Assembly: GCF_009914755.1 (NCBI RefSeq)
Contig: NC_060930.1
Origin: the human T2T-CHM13v2.0 reference genome, Homo sapiens
Length of the DNA: 64,000 bases
Reading direction: 5' to 3' (one strand)
Shown: piece by piece, positions 37,251 to 59,670 of the stretch
Layout: every line of letters begins with the position of its first letter
Numbering within the stretch: position 1 is the first letter of the stretch
Translations under genes and position numbers: made by a program
Notes under the pieces: generated by a model
What the model saw: only the letters and a program-made list of their open reading frames with translations
The model's database searches: none
Told to the model about the DNA's origin: nothing

Positions 37251-38136
37251 AAATACTTTGGGTCTCCTCCTCCTCCTCTTCGGGGAGAGGGGAAAAAAGA
37301 ATGAAGGATGAAGAAACAGATTTGATACCCACCTCGTTGTGTTTAGGGAGGCTGGAGGGACTCGTGGAGGCAAGGCTGGGTCCAGAGGTGAGCTTATGAG
37401 GAAACCAGAAAGATTAACAGGGTCCCAATCGCTAAGATTCCCATTTCCACAAGTGGTGGGCATCTTGCCACTTAACTAGGGTCACAGAGCTTATTAGATC
37501 CCTAACGCTGAGTCCTAGAATCGCAAACACCCGTCCGTTGAACAATCCCACATCACTTCTCTCCAGTCGTCAAAGTCTACAGCTTTCAAAATGGGGAACA
37601 TAAAAACTCTCCGCGAGGACTGGGACTTGGAAGATGTAAGGGATTTAATTTCAAGAACCTCAACTTTCCCAAAATTGGTCTTCCTAAGGAAACACCTGCA
37701 GTACAGGTTCTCATTCTTCACTTCTCCTTTTACAATAGAGTCACCCTCTTAAGAAAAAAAAAAAAAAGAATAGTTCTCTTTTTTCCCCTCCCCCCTCAAA
37801 AGTATAGTTCTCAACCATGAAATCTCCTGGGGGTAATCTTACCTGTTTAAAATAAAGGGAAATGTACCCTGTTTCTTTCACCAAGGCACCATGAATACCA
37901 CCTTTTCTTTTTTTTTTTTTTTTTTTTCCTTTCTTTTGTCTTTTTTTTTTTTAAATGCAGGGTCGGCCGGGCGCGATGGTTCACGCCTGTAATCCCAGCA
38001 CTTTGGGGGTCCGAGGTGGGCGTATCATGGGGTCAAGAGATCGAGACCATCCTGGCCAACATGGTGAAACCCCGTCTCTACTAAAAATACAAAAAAATTA
38101 GCTGGGCGTGGTGGCAGGCGCCTGTAGCTCCAGCTA

Positions 38137-38295
<159 letters not shown>

Positions 38296-38379
38296 CTATC
38301 ACCCAGGCTGGAATGCGGTGGTACGGTCATAGCTCACTGTAACCTCAAATTCCTGGGCTCAAGCCATCCTCCCACCTCA

Positions 38380-38724
<345 letters not shown>

Positions 38725-38984
38725 TCAAAAAAAAAAAAAAAAAGGTTTTTTATAGCGACAGGGTCTTACTGTGTTGCCCAGATGGATCTTGAGCTCCTTG
38801 CCTCAAGCAATCTTCCCACCTCAGCGTCTCAAAGTGCTGGGATTATGGGCGTGAACCGCCACTCCCAGACTACTATCTTATTAAATATTTCTTTTTAACA
38901 GTTATAAAAATGTTTACGATCGGCCAGGCACGGTGGCTCACGCCTGTAATCCCAGCACTTTGGGAGGCCGAGGCAGGAGGATCA

Positions 38985-39251
<267 letters not shown>

Positions 39252-39891
39252 TTATAAGAACATTCTGTTCTTATAATAATTGTAACAGTAACTCCTCCAG
39301 AATAATTTTTAACAACTAGAGTCTTACAATCACAAGAAAGATATTTTTCATCTCAATTAATATACATGTATATGCAGGAAGATGTAAAAGATTGGTCAAT
39401 AAAGGACTTTCAAGTATAAAAGCATAAAGTTTGTGGGGAAGTGGAGTAGTAGTAGGAGCTCAAGGAAAAAAGAGGTGATGAAAGAAAAAAGGAATGATTC
39501 CCAACTGGTAAGAACTAATTTATACTTTTTTTTTTTTTTTGAGATGGAGTCTTGCTCTGTCGCCCAGGCTGGAGTTCAATGGCACAATCTCTGCTTACTG
39601 CAACCTCCCACTCCCGGGTTTAAGCGATTCTCCTGCCTCAACCTCCTGAGCAGCTGGGATTACAGGCACACAACACCATGCCCAGCTAATTTTTTGTATT
39701 TTTTGTATTTTTTTTTTTTAGTGGATATGGGTTTTTGGCATGTTGGCCAGGCTGGTCTCAAACTCCTGACCTCGTGATCCACCCAACTCAGCCTCCCAAA
39801 GTGCTGGGATTACAGGCGTGAAGCACCGTGCCCGGCCATCACTATGATATTTCAATTCCACTGGACAATAAATGGTGATCTAATTGTTTTA

Positions 39892-40616
<725 letters not shown>

Positions 40617-40663
40617 CTACTAAAAATACAAAAATTAGCTGGGCGTGGTGGCTCGCGCCTTTA

Positions 40664-40921
<258 letters not shown>

Positions 40922-40932
40922 TCAATAAATCA

Positions 40933-41178
<246 letters not shown>

Positions 41179-41249
41179 TCACTGCCACTGCACTCCAGCC
41201 TGGGCAACAGGAGACTCTGTCACAAAAAAAAAAAAAAAAAAAGAGTTCA

Positions 41250-41525
<276 letters not shown>

Positions 41526-41681
41526 TTATTTATTTATTTTTATTTTTATTTATTTATTTATTTATTTTTGGAAGGAGTCTCGCTCTGTCACCCAGGCCGG
41601 AGTGCAATGGTGCGATCTCGGCTCACTGCAACTGCCTCCCGGGTTCAAGCAATTCTCCTGCCTCAGCCTCTGAGTAGCTGA

Positions 41682-41858
<177 letters not shown>

Positions 41859-41860
41859 TA

Positions 41861-42281
<421 letters not shown>

Positions 42282-42387
42282 CTAAGCTATCCAAGCATCT
42301 CCTCCATAGCCCCCAACACTCCCATTTCCCTCCTGTCTCCCCTCTCACCTCCTTGGTGGGGAAAGAAGATGTTTATAGGAAAGGTGG

Positions 42388-42627
42388 TCACAATTCCAGC
42401 TCCTCCTCCTTCTGAGGTGTCCCCAGGAGCCAGTCCCCTAACTTTGCCCATAGTAGTAACCACAGCAGCTTATAAGCAGCCTCCAGCATCAGCAGTGTCA
42501 GGAAGAGGGCCAGGAAGATAAAGAAAGCCTTGTCCAAGGCACGTCGCACGGGACCCCTGGGAGGGGAGGGACCCTGGGCAAATGCCAGGAACACATCCGC
42601 CTCGTCCACATCACCTTCCTCTGCCAT
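42388..42627 (-). CDS. SMIM40: Small integral membrane protein 40, 79 aa
   Basis: Non-repeat ORF in good Kozak context (AGGATGG): MAEEGDVDEADVFLAF...AFFIFLALFLTLLMLEAAYKLLWLLLWA...EEELEL*, one hydrophobic segment. Position upstream of DAXX matches the known gene. Confidence 0.88.
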   Translation of the reverse strand: MAEEGDVDEADVFLAFAQGPSPPRGPVRRALDKAFFIFLALFLTLLMLEAAYKLLWLLLWAKLGDWLLGTPQKEEELEL

Positions 42628-43276
42628 CCTGACTCACAGTCAGACAGCTGGCTGGATCAGGGGGCTGGGATGCAAGGCCTTGCTCAGCACTGCCAGGATT
42701 AAGGAGCATGGCTGTGGCAAGTCCTGCACCTGCCAGTCCTGACCTTAATTCCCACACCTAAGAGAAAAGAGAAAGGACCCTATGAGCCTTCAGATCAATT
42801 ATTTAAACATCCAGTGTGATGTGAAAGGTCTGGACTAAATGATCCATGAACTCTATTCAGCTTTTTCATAGTATAATTCTGTGATTTGGAAACTGAAGGC
42901 CCAACATGAAGGCATAAGCTAGAACTGCCTGTCACTCTGGGTCTCAAGTCTCAAAGACTCAAGGCTCAAAATCTTGGGCCCCAACTGATAGAGAGTGAGG
43001 AAATGGACCTACCATGCATCTGTGAGCCATGGTCAGTCAAGGATCTAAAGCCCCTTCTGGCTGGATGGTAGGGGGTGAGATGGTCTATCCTAACCAAGGC
43101 GGGTAGGAACAAGCAGAGGGGACTTGAGTTCTCACAGGAGTAGTTCTCCCCACTGGGTCTGCAGGCAGCTAAGTTTGAGATGGTATAACCCAGAACACTC
43201 TCTTCCTAACTTTTGGTCTCTGCAGTACCAAGGGAGGATTATCATTGACTGCATGAGCCCAAGGGGAGGCTTATAA

Positions 43277-44138
<862 letters not shown>

Positions 44139-44190
44139 TTATTGACCCTGTTCCCCAGGCATTGGCCTGAAGGTTGGGTAATGAAATTGA

Positions 44191-44655
<465 letters not shown>

Positions 44656-45255
44656 TAAGCCACCGCACCCGGGCTACAGGATCTTGCTCTGTCACCCAGG
44701 CTGGAGTGTAGTGGCTCAAACGTGGCCCACTGCAGCCTTGATCTCCCCAGCTCAAGCAATCCTCCCATCTTAGCCTCCTGAGTAGTTGGGACCACAGGTG
44801 TGTGTCACCACGCCTGGCTCATTTTTGAATTTTGTAGAGACAGGGTCTTTCTATGTTACCCAGGCTGGTTTTTAACTCCTGAGCTTATTAAACAATCCTT
44901 CCACCTCAGCCTCCCATCATTCTGGAATTACAAGCATAAGCCACCATGCCTAAGAATACCTTCTTTACTTGGGAAGTCAGGTCACCCCCCAAAAGAGCAG
45001 AAATGATGTTATAATGTTGTTTTGAGGGCTGGGCGCGGTGGCTCACGCCTGTAATCCCAGCACTTTGGGAGGCCGAGGTGGGCGGATCACAAGGTCAGGA
45101 GATTGAGGCCATCCTGGCAAACACGGTGAAACCCCGTCTCTACTAAAAATACAAAAAATTAGGCCAGGCGCGGTGGCTCACGCCTGTAATCCCAGCACTT
45201 TGGGAGGCCGAGGCGGACAGATCACGAGGTCAGGAGATCGAGACCATCCTGGCTA

Positions 45256-45633
<378 letters not shown>

Positions 45634-46874
45634 TCAAGTCATGCCGCATTGTCTTTTGCTGCAGCTGCAAAGGAGTCTCGAAAAAGTGAAAAAACCCTGG
45701 ACTAGAATTTAAACTGATCACTTAGTTGTGTGAAGCTGTGGACAAGTCACATGACCTTTCTTTAGTGTTTTGTTTTGTAATAAAATCAGAAAAAGCTCTT
45801 GCCTCCCAGAATTATTCTGAGAGATAAATGAAATAAAGGTTTTTTGATGTTGTTGGTTTTTTGTAAATTATAAAGCACTATGTAAATGTAACATATTAAT
45901 CTGATACCCTCACTTACATCCCAGGCAAGTGTGCAATAAGGCCACACAAACACCTTTATTGTCTCTTTACATGGTAGGTTCAGCACCAACATCTTGTGTA
46001 ATAAATAAACCTAGCATCTTGTTGGAATTTTTTTAATTTTGAAATAATTTTCAGCTTACAGAAAAATTTAAGAACAGTTCCAAGAACTTTGGCATGTACC
46101 TCTTTCACTCAGATTTTCCATTTGTCAACACTTGGCTGTATTTGTTCCATCTCGCTCTCAACCCCAGTATAACCATGTGTTACAGGTTGAATTGTGTCTC
46201 CTAAAAATTCATATGTTGTGCAGCCATAAAAATGAATAAGGGCTGGGCTGGGCGCAGTGTCTCATGCCTGTAATCCCAGCACTTTGGGAGACCGAGGCGG
46301 GCAGATCACAAGTTCAAGAGATCGAGACCATCCTGGTTAACACACTGAAAGCCCATCTCTACTAAAAATACAAAAAACTAGCCGGGTGTGGTGGTGGGCG
46401 CCTGTAGTCCTAGCTACTCAGGAGGCTGAGGCAGGGGAATGGCTTGAACCCGGGAGGCGGAGGTTGTGGAGAGCTGAGATCGCACCACTGCACTCCAGTC
46501 TGGCAACAGAGTGAGTTGTTGCCAAAAAAAAAAAGAAAAAAGAACAAGATCAGGCCAGGCGCGGTGGCTTATGCCTGTAATCCCAGAACTTTGAGAGGCC
46601 AAGGTGGGCAGATCACAAGGTCAGGAGTTTGAGACTAGCCTGGCCAACATGGCAAAAACCCATATCTACTAAAAATACAAAAATTAGCTGGGCATGGTGG
46701 CAGGCCCCTATAATTCCAGCTAGTGACATGGGAGGCTGAGGCAGGAGAATCACTTGAACCCAGGGGGCCGAGGTTGCAGTAAGCTGTGATCTCACCATTG
46801 CACTCCAGCCCCACTGACAGTACGAGACTCCTCTCAAAAAAAAAAAAAAAAAAAAAAAGGTGAAGAATTCATTT

Positions 46875-47130
46875 GTTCGCATGTTCTCACTTACAAGTGA
46901 TGATGAGAATACACGGACACACGGTGGGAAACAACACAACTGGGTCCTGTCTGGGGGAGTGGGGGAAGGAAGGGCACCAGGAAGAATAGCTAATGGATGC
47001 TGGGCTTAATACCTGGGTGATGGGATGATCTGTGCAGCAAATCACCATTGCACACGTTTACCTATGTAACAAACCTACACATCGCACACATGTACCCCTG
47101 AACTTAAAATAAAAGTCGAAGGAAAAAAAT
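46875..47130 (+). mobile_element. L1 3'-UTR fragment
   Basis: GCATGTTCTCACTTA...GGGCTTAATACCTGGGTGATGGG...CATGTACCCCTGAACTTAAAATAAAAG. Confidence 0.85.
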
Positions 47131-47341
47131 AAAATTTATATAATGAAGTCCTAACTCCCAGTTCCTCAGAATGTAACCTTATTTGGAAATAAGGTTGTTG
47201 CATATGTAATTGGTTCAATGAGGTCATACTGGAGTTGAGTGGGCCTCTCACCCCCTTTATAAGAAAGGAAGTTTGGACATAGGCTTGCGGATAGAGAGAA
47301 TGACATGTGACCATGAAGGCAGAGATCAGGTTGATATGTCA

Positions 47342-47506
<165 letters not shown>

Positions 47507-47660
47507 TCACGCCTGTAATCCCAGCACTTTGGGAGGCTGAGGCGGGCAGATCACGAGGTCAGGAGTTCAAGACCAGCCTGGTCAACATGGTGAAACCCTG
47601 CCTCTACTAAAAATACAAAAATTGGCAGGGCATGGTCATGGGCACCTGTAATTCCAGCTA

Positions 47661-48122
<462 letters not shown>

Positions 48123-48126
48123 TTAA

Positions 48127-48523
<397 letters not shown>

Positions 48524-49384
48524 TAGGCCTCCCAAAGTGCAATTATCTTTTCTTTTAACAGCTGTTTTTTTCTTTTTCTTTTTTTTTTTTTTTGAGATGA
48601 GGTCTCACTCTGTTGCCCAGGCCAAAGTGCAGTGGTGCTATCAAGAGCTCACTGCAGCCTCAAACTCCTGGGCTCAAGTGATCCTCCCACCTGAGCCTTC
48701 CAAAGTGCTGGGACTACAGATGCGTGCCACCATACTTGGCCTATCTGTCCTTTCTAGTCCAGGATCACATACTGCATTTGACTGTCACATATCTATCTGT
48801 AGTCTCCTTCAATCTGGGAAGTTCTCAGTCTTTCCTTGTCTCTCATGAATTTGACAGTTTTGAAGAGGTCTTTCATTTCTTTCTTTTTTTTCTTTTCTTT
48901 TCTTTTTTTTTTTAAACAGGTTCTTGCTCTGTCGCCCAGGCTAGAGTGCAGTAGCAGGATCATAGCTCACTGCAGCCTCAAATTCCTCGGCTCAAGCAAT
49001 CCTCCCACCTCAGCATTCTGAGTAGCTGCGGCTACAGGTGTGTGCCAGCACATCCGGGGAATTTAAACATTATTTGTAGGCTGGGCACAGTGGCTCATGC
49101 CTGTAATCCCAGCACTTTGGGATGCCGAGGCAGGCAGATCACAAGGTCAGGAGTTTGAGACCAGCCTGGCCAGCGTGGTGAAACCCCATCTCTACTAAAA
49201 CTCCAAAAAATTAGCCAGGCATGGTGGCACATGCCTGTAATCCCAGCTAGCTACACAGGAGGCTGAGGCAGGAGAATTGCGTGAAACCGGGAGGCAGAGG
49301 TCACAGTGAGCCGAGATTGTGCCAATATGCTCCACCCTGGGAGTCAGAGCAAAACTCCATCACAAGAAAAAAAAAAAAAAAGAC

Positions 49385-50095
<711 letters not shown>

Positions 50096-50266
50096 GTGCT
50101 AGAATTGAGCACCAGATCTTCAGTAACAGATACACCCATATATTCCTTCCAAATTTATTCTTTTAACATTTATGATATGTGGGGCCTTCTGAAATGTGGG
50201 GCTCCAGGCAGGATCTCCTCTTGCTTGGATATAAGAGCAGCACTAGAATTAGTCTATCAGTCTTCA

Positions 50267-51611
<1,345 letters not shown>

Positions 51612-51734
51612 CTAATATTTTTGTATTTTTAGTAGAGATGGGGTTTCACCATGTTGGCTAGGCTGGTCTGGAACTCCTGACCTCAGGTAATCTGCTCGCC
51701 TCAGCCTCCCAAAATGCTGGGATTACAGGCATGA

Positions 51735-52166
<432 letters not shown>

Positions 52167-52251
52167 TAAATATGAGTGCCCAGTTAAGGAACACCAGATA
52201 TTTGAGGAAGACTTCAGACATGAGCAAAAACCCAAAATTAAAAGTAAAAAC

Positions 52252-53867
<1,616 letters not shown>

Positions 53868-53870
53868 TCA

Positions 53871-54254
<384 letters not shown>

Positions 54255-54365
54255 TCATGCCTGTAATCTCAACACTTAAGAGGCTGAGGTAGGAGGATTG
54301 CTTGAGCCCAGACATTTGAGACCAACCTGGGTAACATAGGGAGACTTGTCTCTACAAATAATTTA

Positions 54366-54657
<292 letters not shown>

Positions 54658-55078
54658 TCAAGAGGAAAAAAAAAAACATTAGCCAGGGCCGGTCGCGGTG
54701 GTTCATGCCTGTATTCCCAGCACTTTGGGATCCCAAGGTGGGCAGATCACTTGAGGTTAGGAATTCGAGACCAGCCTGACCAACATGATGAAACCCCGTC
54801 CCTACTAAAAATACAAAAAAATTAGCTGGGTGTGGTGGTGCATGCCTGTAATCCCAGTTACTTGTGAGGCTAAGGCAGGAGAATTGCTTGAACTTCGGAG
54901 ATTTTGCAGTGAGCCAAGATTGGGCCACTTGCACTCCAGCCTGGGTGACAAAGCAAGACTTCCTCTCAAAAAAAAGAAATCCATGGCCGGGCGCAGTGGC
55001 TCACGCCTGTAATCCCAGCACTTTGGGAGGCCGAGATGGGTGGATCACGAGGTCAGGAGATCTAGACCATCCCGGCTA

Positions 55079-55367
<289 letters not shown>

Positions 55368-55481
55368 TCAACTTAGGTCAGGAGTTCGAGACTAGCATGA
55401 TCAACATGGTGAACTCTGTCTCTACTAAAAATACAAAATTAGCCTGATGTAGTGGCACATGCCTCTAGTCCCAGCTACTCA

Positions 55482-55583
<102 letters not shown>

Positions 55584-55946
55584 TTAAAAAAAAAAGGAAA
55601 AAAAAAGAAAAAAAAAAAACCACGGTAGCGTGCACCTGTGTTTCCAGCTATTCAGGAGGCTGAGGCAGGAGGATCATCTGACCTGGAGGTCAAGGCTGCA
55701 GTGAGCCATGATCACACCACTGCACTCCAGCTTGGGCAACATAGTGAGACTCTGTCACGAAGCCTGCAGTGCAGTGACGAGATCTTGGCTCACTGCAATC
55801 TCTGCATCTCAGGTTCAAATGATTCTCTGCCTCAGCCTCCCAAGTAGCTGGGATTTACTGGCATTTGCCACCATGCCTGGCTAGTTTTTGAATTTTTTTA
55901 GTAGAGACAGTGTTTTGCCATGTTGGCCAGGCTGGTCTGTACCTAA

Positions 55947-56147
<201 letters not shown>

Positions 56148-56400
56148 TAGTAAAGATGGGGTTTGGCCATGTTGGCCAAGCTGGTCTCAAACTCCTGACT
56201 TCAGGTGATCTGCCCACCTCGGCCTCCCAAAGTGCTGGGATACTTTTGGTATTCTTTCTCTTAAAACAGGTATCCAAAATTGTACACGTGTCAGCCTCCC
56301 ACCAACCTACATCTGCTGCACTTGCAGAGATAGAGTCTATATATATAAGCATGTATTAATATATATAAGTGTATATGTATAAATGTATACATACATATAA

Positions 56401-56748
<348 letters not shown>

Positions 56749-57929
56749 TGAGCCACCACGCCCAGCCTCTTTTTTTTTTTTTTTTTTTAAATTTAATTTA
56801 ATGGAGATGAGTTCTCTCAATATGTTACCCAGAGTAGTCTCAAATTCTTGGGCTCAAGTGATCCACCTACCTTGGCCTCCCAAAGTGCTGGGATTATAGG
56901 AGTGAGCCACCGCACCCGACCCCTTGTTTGTTATAGTGCTCCCTTGACTCTCAAAAATGTCCAGTGTAGGCCAGGCGTGGTGGTTCACACCTATAATCCC
57001 AGCACTTTGGGAGGCCAAGGCAGGTGGATCACTTGAGGTCAGGAGTTTAAGACTTGCCGGGCTAACATGGTAAAACCCTGTCTACAAAAAATACAAAAAT
57101 TAGCTGTGCGTGGTGGTGCGCACCTGTAATCCCAGCTACTCAGGAGGCTGACTGAGGCAGGAAGACTGCTTGAACCTGGGAGGCAGAGGCGGAGGTTGTA
57201 GTGAGCTGAGATTGTGCCACCGCACTCTAGAGCAAGACTCCATCTCAAAAAAAAAATGTCTAGTGTAAATGTATGTTCTTTGAAGTAGAATTGCTAGGTC
57301 AAAGAATACGTAAATACTTGATTTGGGTAGATATTTTTAAAATGCTTTCTGTAGAAGCCGCACCAGTGTACCTTCCTTCCTGTCGGCAATGTGTGACAGT
57401 ACCAGTTTCCTTTCCCCACCCCATCAGCTGAGTGTGTTATCAAACTTTTTTTTTTTTTTTTTTTTTGAGACAGAGTCTCTCTCCATCGCTCAGCCTGGAG
57501 TGCAGTGGCATGATCTCGGCTCAATGCAACCTCCACCTCCTAGGTTCAAGCCATTCTCATGCCTCAGCCAATAGCTGTGATTACAGGTGCATGCCACCAC
57601 CGGCTGATTTCTGTATTTTTAGTAGAGACAGGGTTTTGCCATGTTTTTTTGTTTGTTTTGAGACAGGATCTTTCTCTGTTGCCCAGGCTAGAGTGCAGTG
57701 GCATGAACATGGATGGTTCACTGCAGCCTCGACCTCCTGGGTTCAAGTGATCCTTTTGTCTCAGCCTCCCAAGTAGCTGGGATTCCAGGTGGGAGCCACC
57801 ATGCCCTCCTAAACTCTACCTTTTGGTGAGAGTGACTAGCCACCAAGGCACACTGTAAAGGCCTCAGATAACAGGAAGTGGTAGAGAACTGCAGCCAATC
57901 TAACACCTAGACAAATTCAAGGTGGGACC

Positions 57930-58065
57930 TATCAGGTACTATGCTTGTTACTTGGGTGATTAAATTACCTGTACACCAAAGCCCCATGACACACACTTTA
58001 CCTATATAAGGAACCTACACATGTACCCCTGAACCTAAAGTAAAAGTTAAAAAATAAAATAATAT
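57930..58065 (+). mobile_element. L1 3'-end fragment
   Basis: GGTACTATGCTT...TGGGTGA...CCTACACATGTACCCCTGAACCTAAAGTAAAAGTT. Confidence 0.8.
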
Positions 58066-58536
58066 AATTCAAAGTTTGGGCTACAGAGTATAAGTGAGAG
58101 ATATTCAGCTACTGGGAGTTTATAAAAGACACACAAACATCGCACAAGAGCAAAAGTCAATTTGAACATCCACCACAGCCAGAGGAAACCAAAACCACTT
58201 CCAGTGTATGGCCGTCAGGTAAAGCATTTTGTCCCCCTCACCTCCTCTGCTTCTGGCTGTGAGGGAGAGGGTGGAGAGTCAGACACAGGAAGGCAAGAAA
58301 GAAATTCTTGAGGAAGCCAGCCACTCTGCCAGTTTCACACTGGCAGCTTCCCATGTCAAACCACTCAGTCGGAGCTGGCCGAGAGAAAAAACGTAATTCA
58401 GAATGATGCTTGGAGGATTTTTTTTTTTGTTCCAAGGATTGAGCAGGTATGCTCTGTGGCCTGCCTGAGTTATCTTTCATGGGCAATGGAAGAACTAGCC
58501 CCACACAACATATTTAAAGGGGTGGGGACACTTGAG

Positions 58537-58968
58537 TGTGGGGGGTGCACAGCAACATATTCAAGCTTATGTACATGGCATCTGAGGTCGGGGCATGGAA
58601 GAATACTGAGGCACTGTGTGTATGTTATTTGTGCGTGAGAATGAAATTCCTTGACCCTGAAAACAGGACAGGGAGTGGAGTGTGTGGTGTGATAAGGAAC
58701 GCTGAAAACAGCCTCCTGAGAATGCGGTTTGAGTGCTTTTACGAGGCCGCAGGTGTCTCACGACCCGACCTCAAAAAGCCATCTAGTGGATGTTTGTGGT
58801 TTAACAAGCACTTTCAATAAATACTTGGCAGACGGATGCTGGGGCGGGTTCTCTTAGAAGAAATGCCCCCCCCATTCCCCCGGCCCCACTCAGCTGGAAT
58901 TGTCTAAGAACTCATTCTTGGCGTTCACTGCAAGCTATAAACTCTGCAAGTGGTGCACCCGACGTGAT
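58537..58968 (+). mobile_element. Probable ERV LTR (~410 bp, TG...CA) followed by a tRNA-Trp-type primer-binding site; family not assigned
   Basis: Starts TGTGGGGGG (58537), AATAAA at 58816, ends CTGCA (58948). Then TGGTGCACCCGACGTGAT (58951-58968), 16/18 identical to the tRNA-Trp PBS TGGTGACCCCGACGTGAT. Confidence 0.7.
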
Positions 58969-59108
58969 CGCCTTGAAGTTATGCGTGAAAGGAGGAGAGC
59001 TCATCAATTTTAAGAAAATCCCGGTAAGGGACAGTCCTGACTACCATCAGGTGGACAGGACCCACGCGAAAAATACCAGGGGTTCGGTTATCATGGGTCA
59101 GGAAATGA

Positions 59109-59268
<160 letters not shown>

Positions 59269-59271
<3 letters not shown>

Positions 59272-59670
59272 CCACAACAGGACTTAATTAACCTTGCCTT
59301 CAAGGTGTACAATAATAGAGAAAAGTTACAATTACTTGCCTCTGCTGTGAGACAAAACCCAGCTGCACCTCCAGCACACGAGAACTTCAAAATGCCTAAG
59401 CCGCACATGCCTAAACCGCAGTGGTCAAGCATTCCTACAGGACCTTCTTCATCAGGATCTTGCTTCAAGTGCCAGAAATCTGGCCACTGGGCCAAGAAAT
59501 GCCCACAGCCCGGGATTCCTCCTAAGCCGTGTCCCATCTGTGCAGGACCCCACTGAAAATCAGACTGTCCCACTCGCCTCGCAGTCACTCCCAGAGCTCT
59601 GGGATCTCTGGCCCAAGACTCTCTGACTGACTCCTTCCCAGATCTTCTCAGCTTAGCGGCTGAAGACTGA
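59269..59670 (+). pseudogene. HERV-H gag C-terminal (nucleocapsid) remnant
   Basis: Two zinc-knuckle-like motifs, the second broken by TGA at 59554-59556; terminal LAAED* at 59668-59670. Confidence 0.9.

Noticed and set aside
37264-37392. Putative SMIM40 3'-UTR exon (37392-37333) and following intron
   Set aside because: Splice-like signals are present, but the nearest acceptor gives a 55-nt intron; not supportable without transcript data.
58513-58528. Polypurine-tract-like run upstream of the LTR, suggesting a 3' LTR
   Set aside because: Separated from the TG by 8 nt, and the LTR is followed by a PBS, which marks a 5' LTR.
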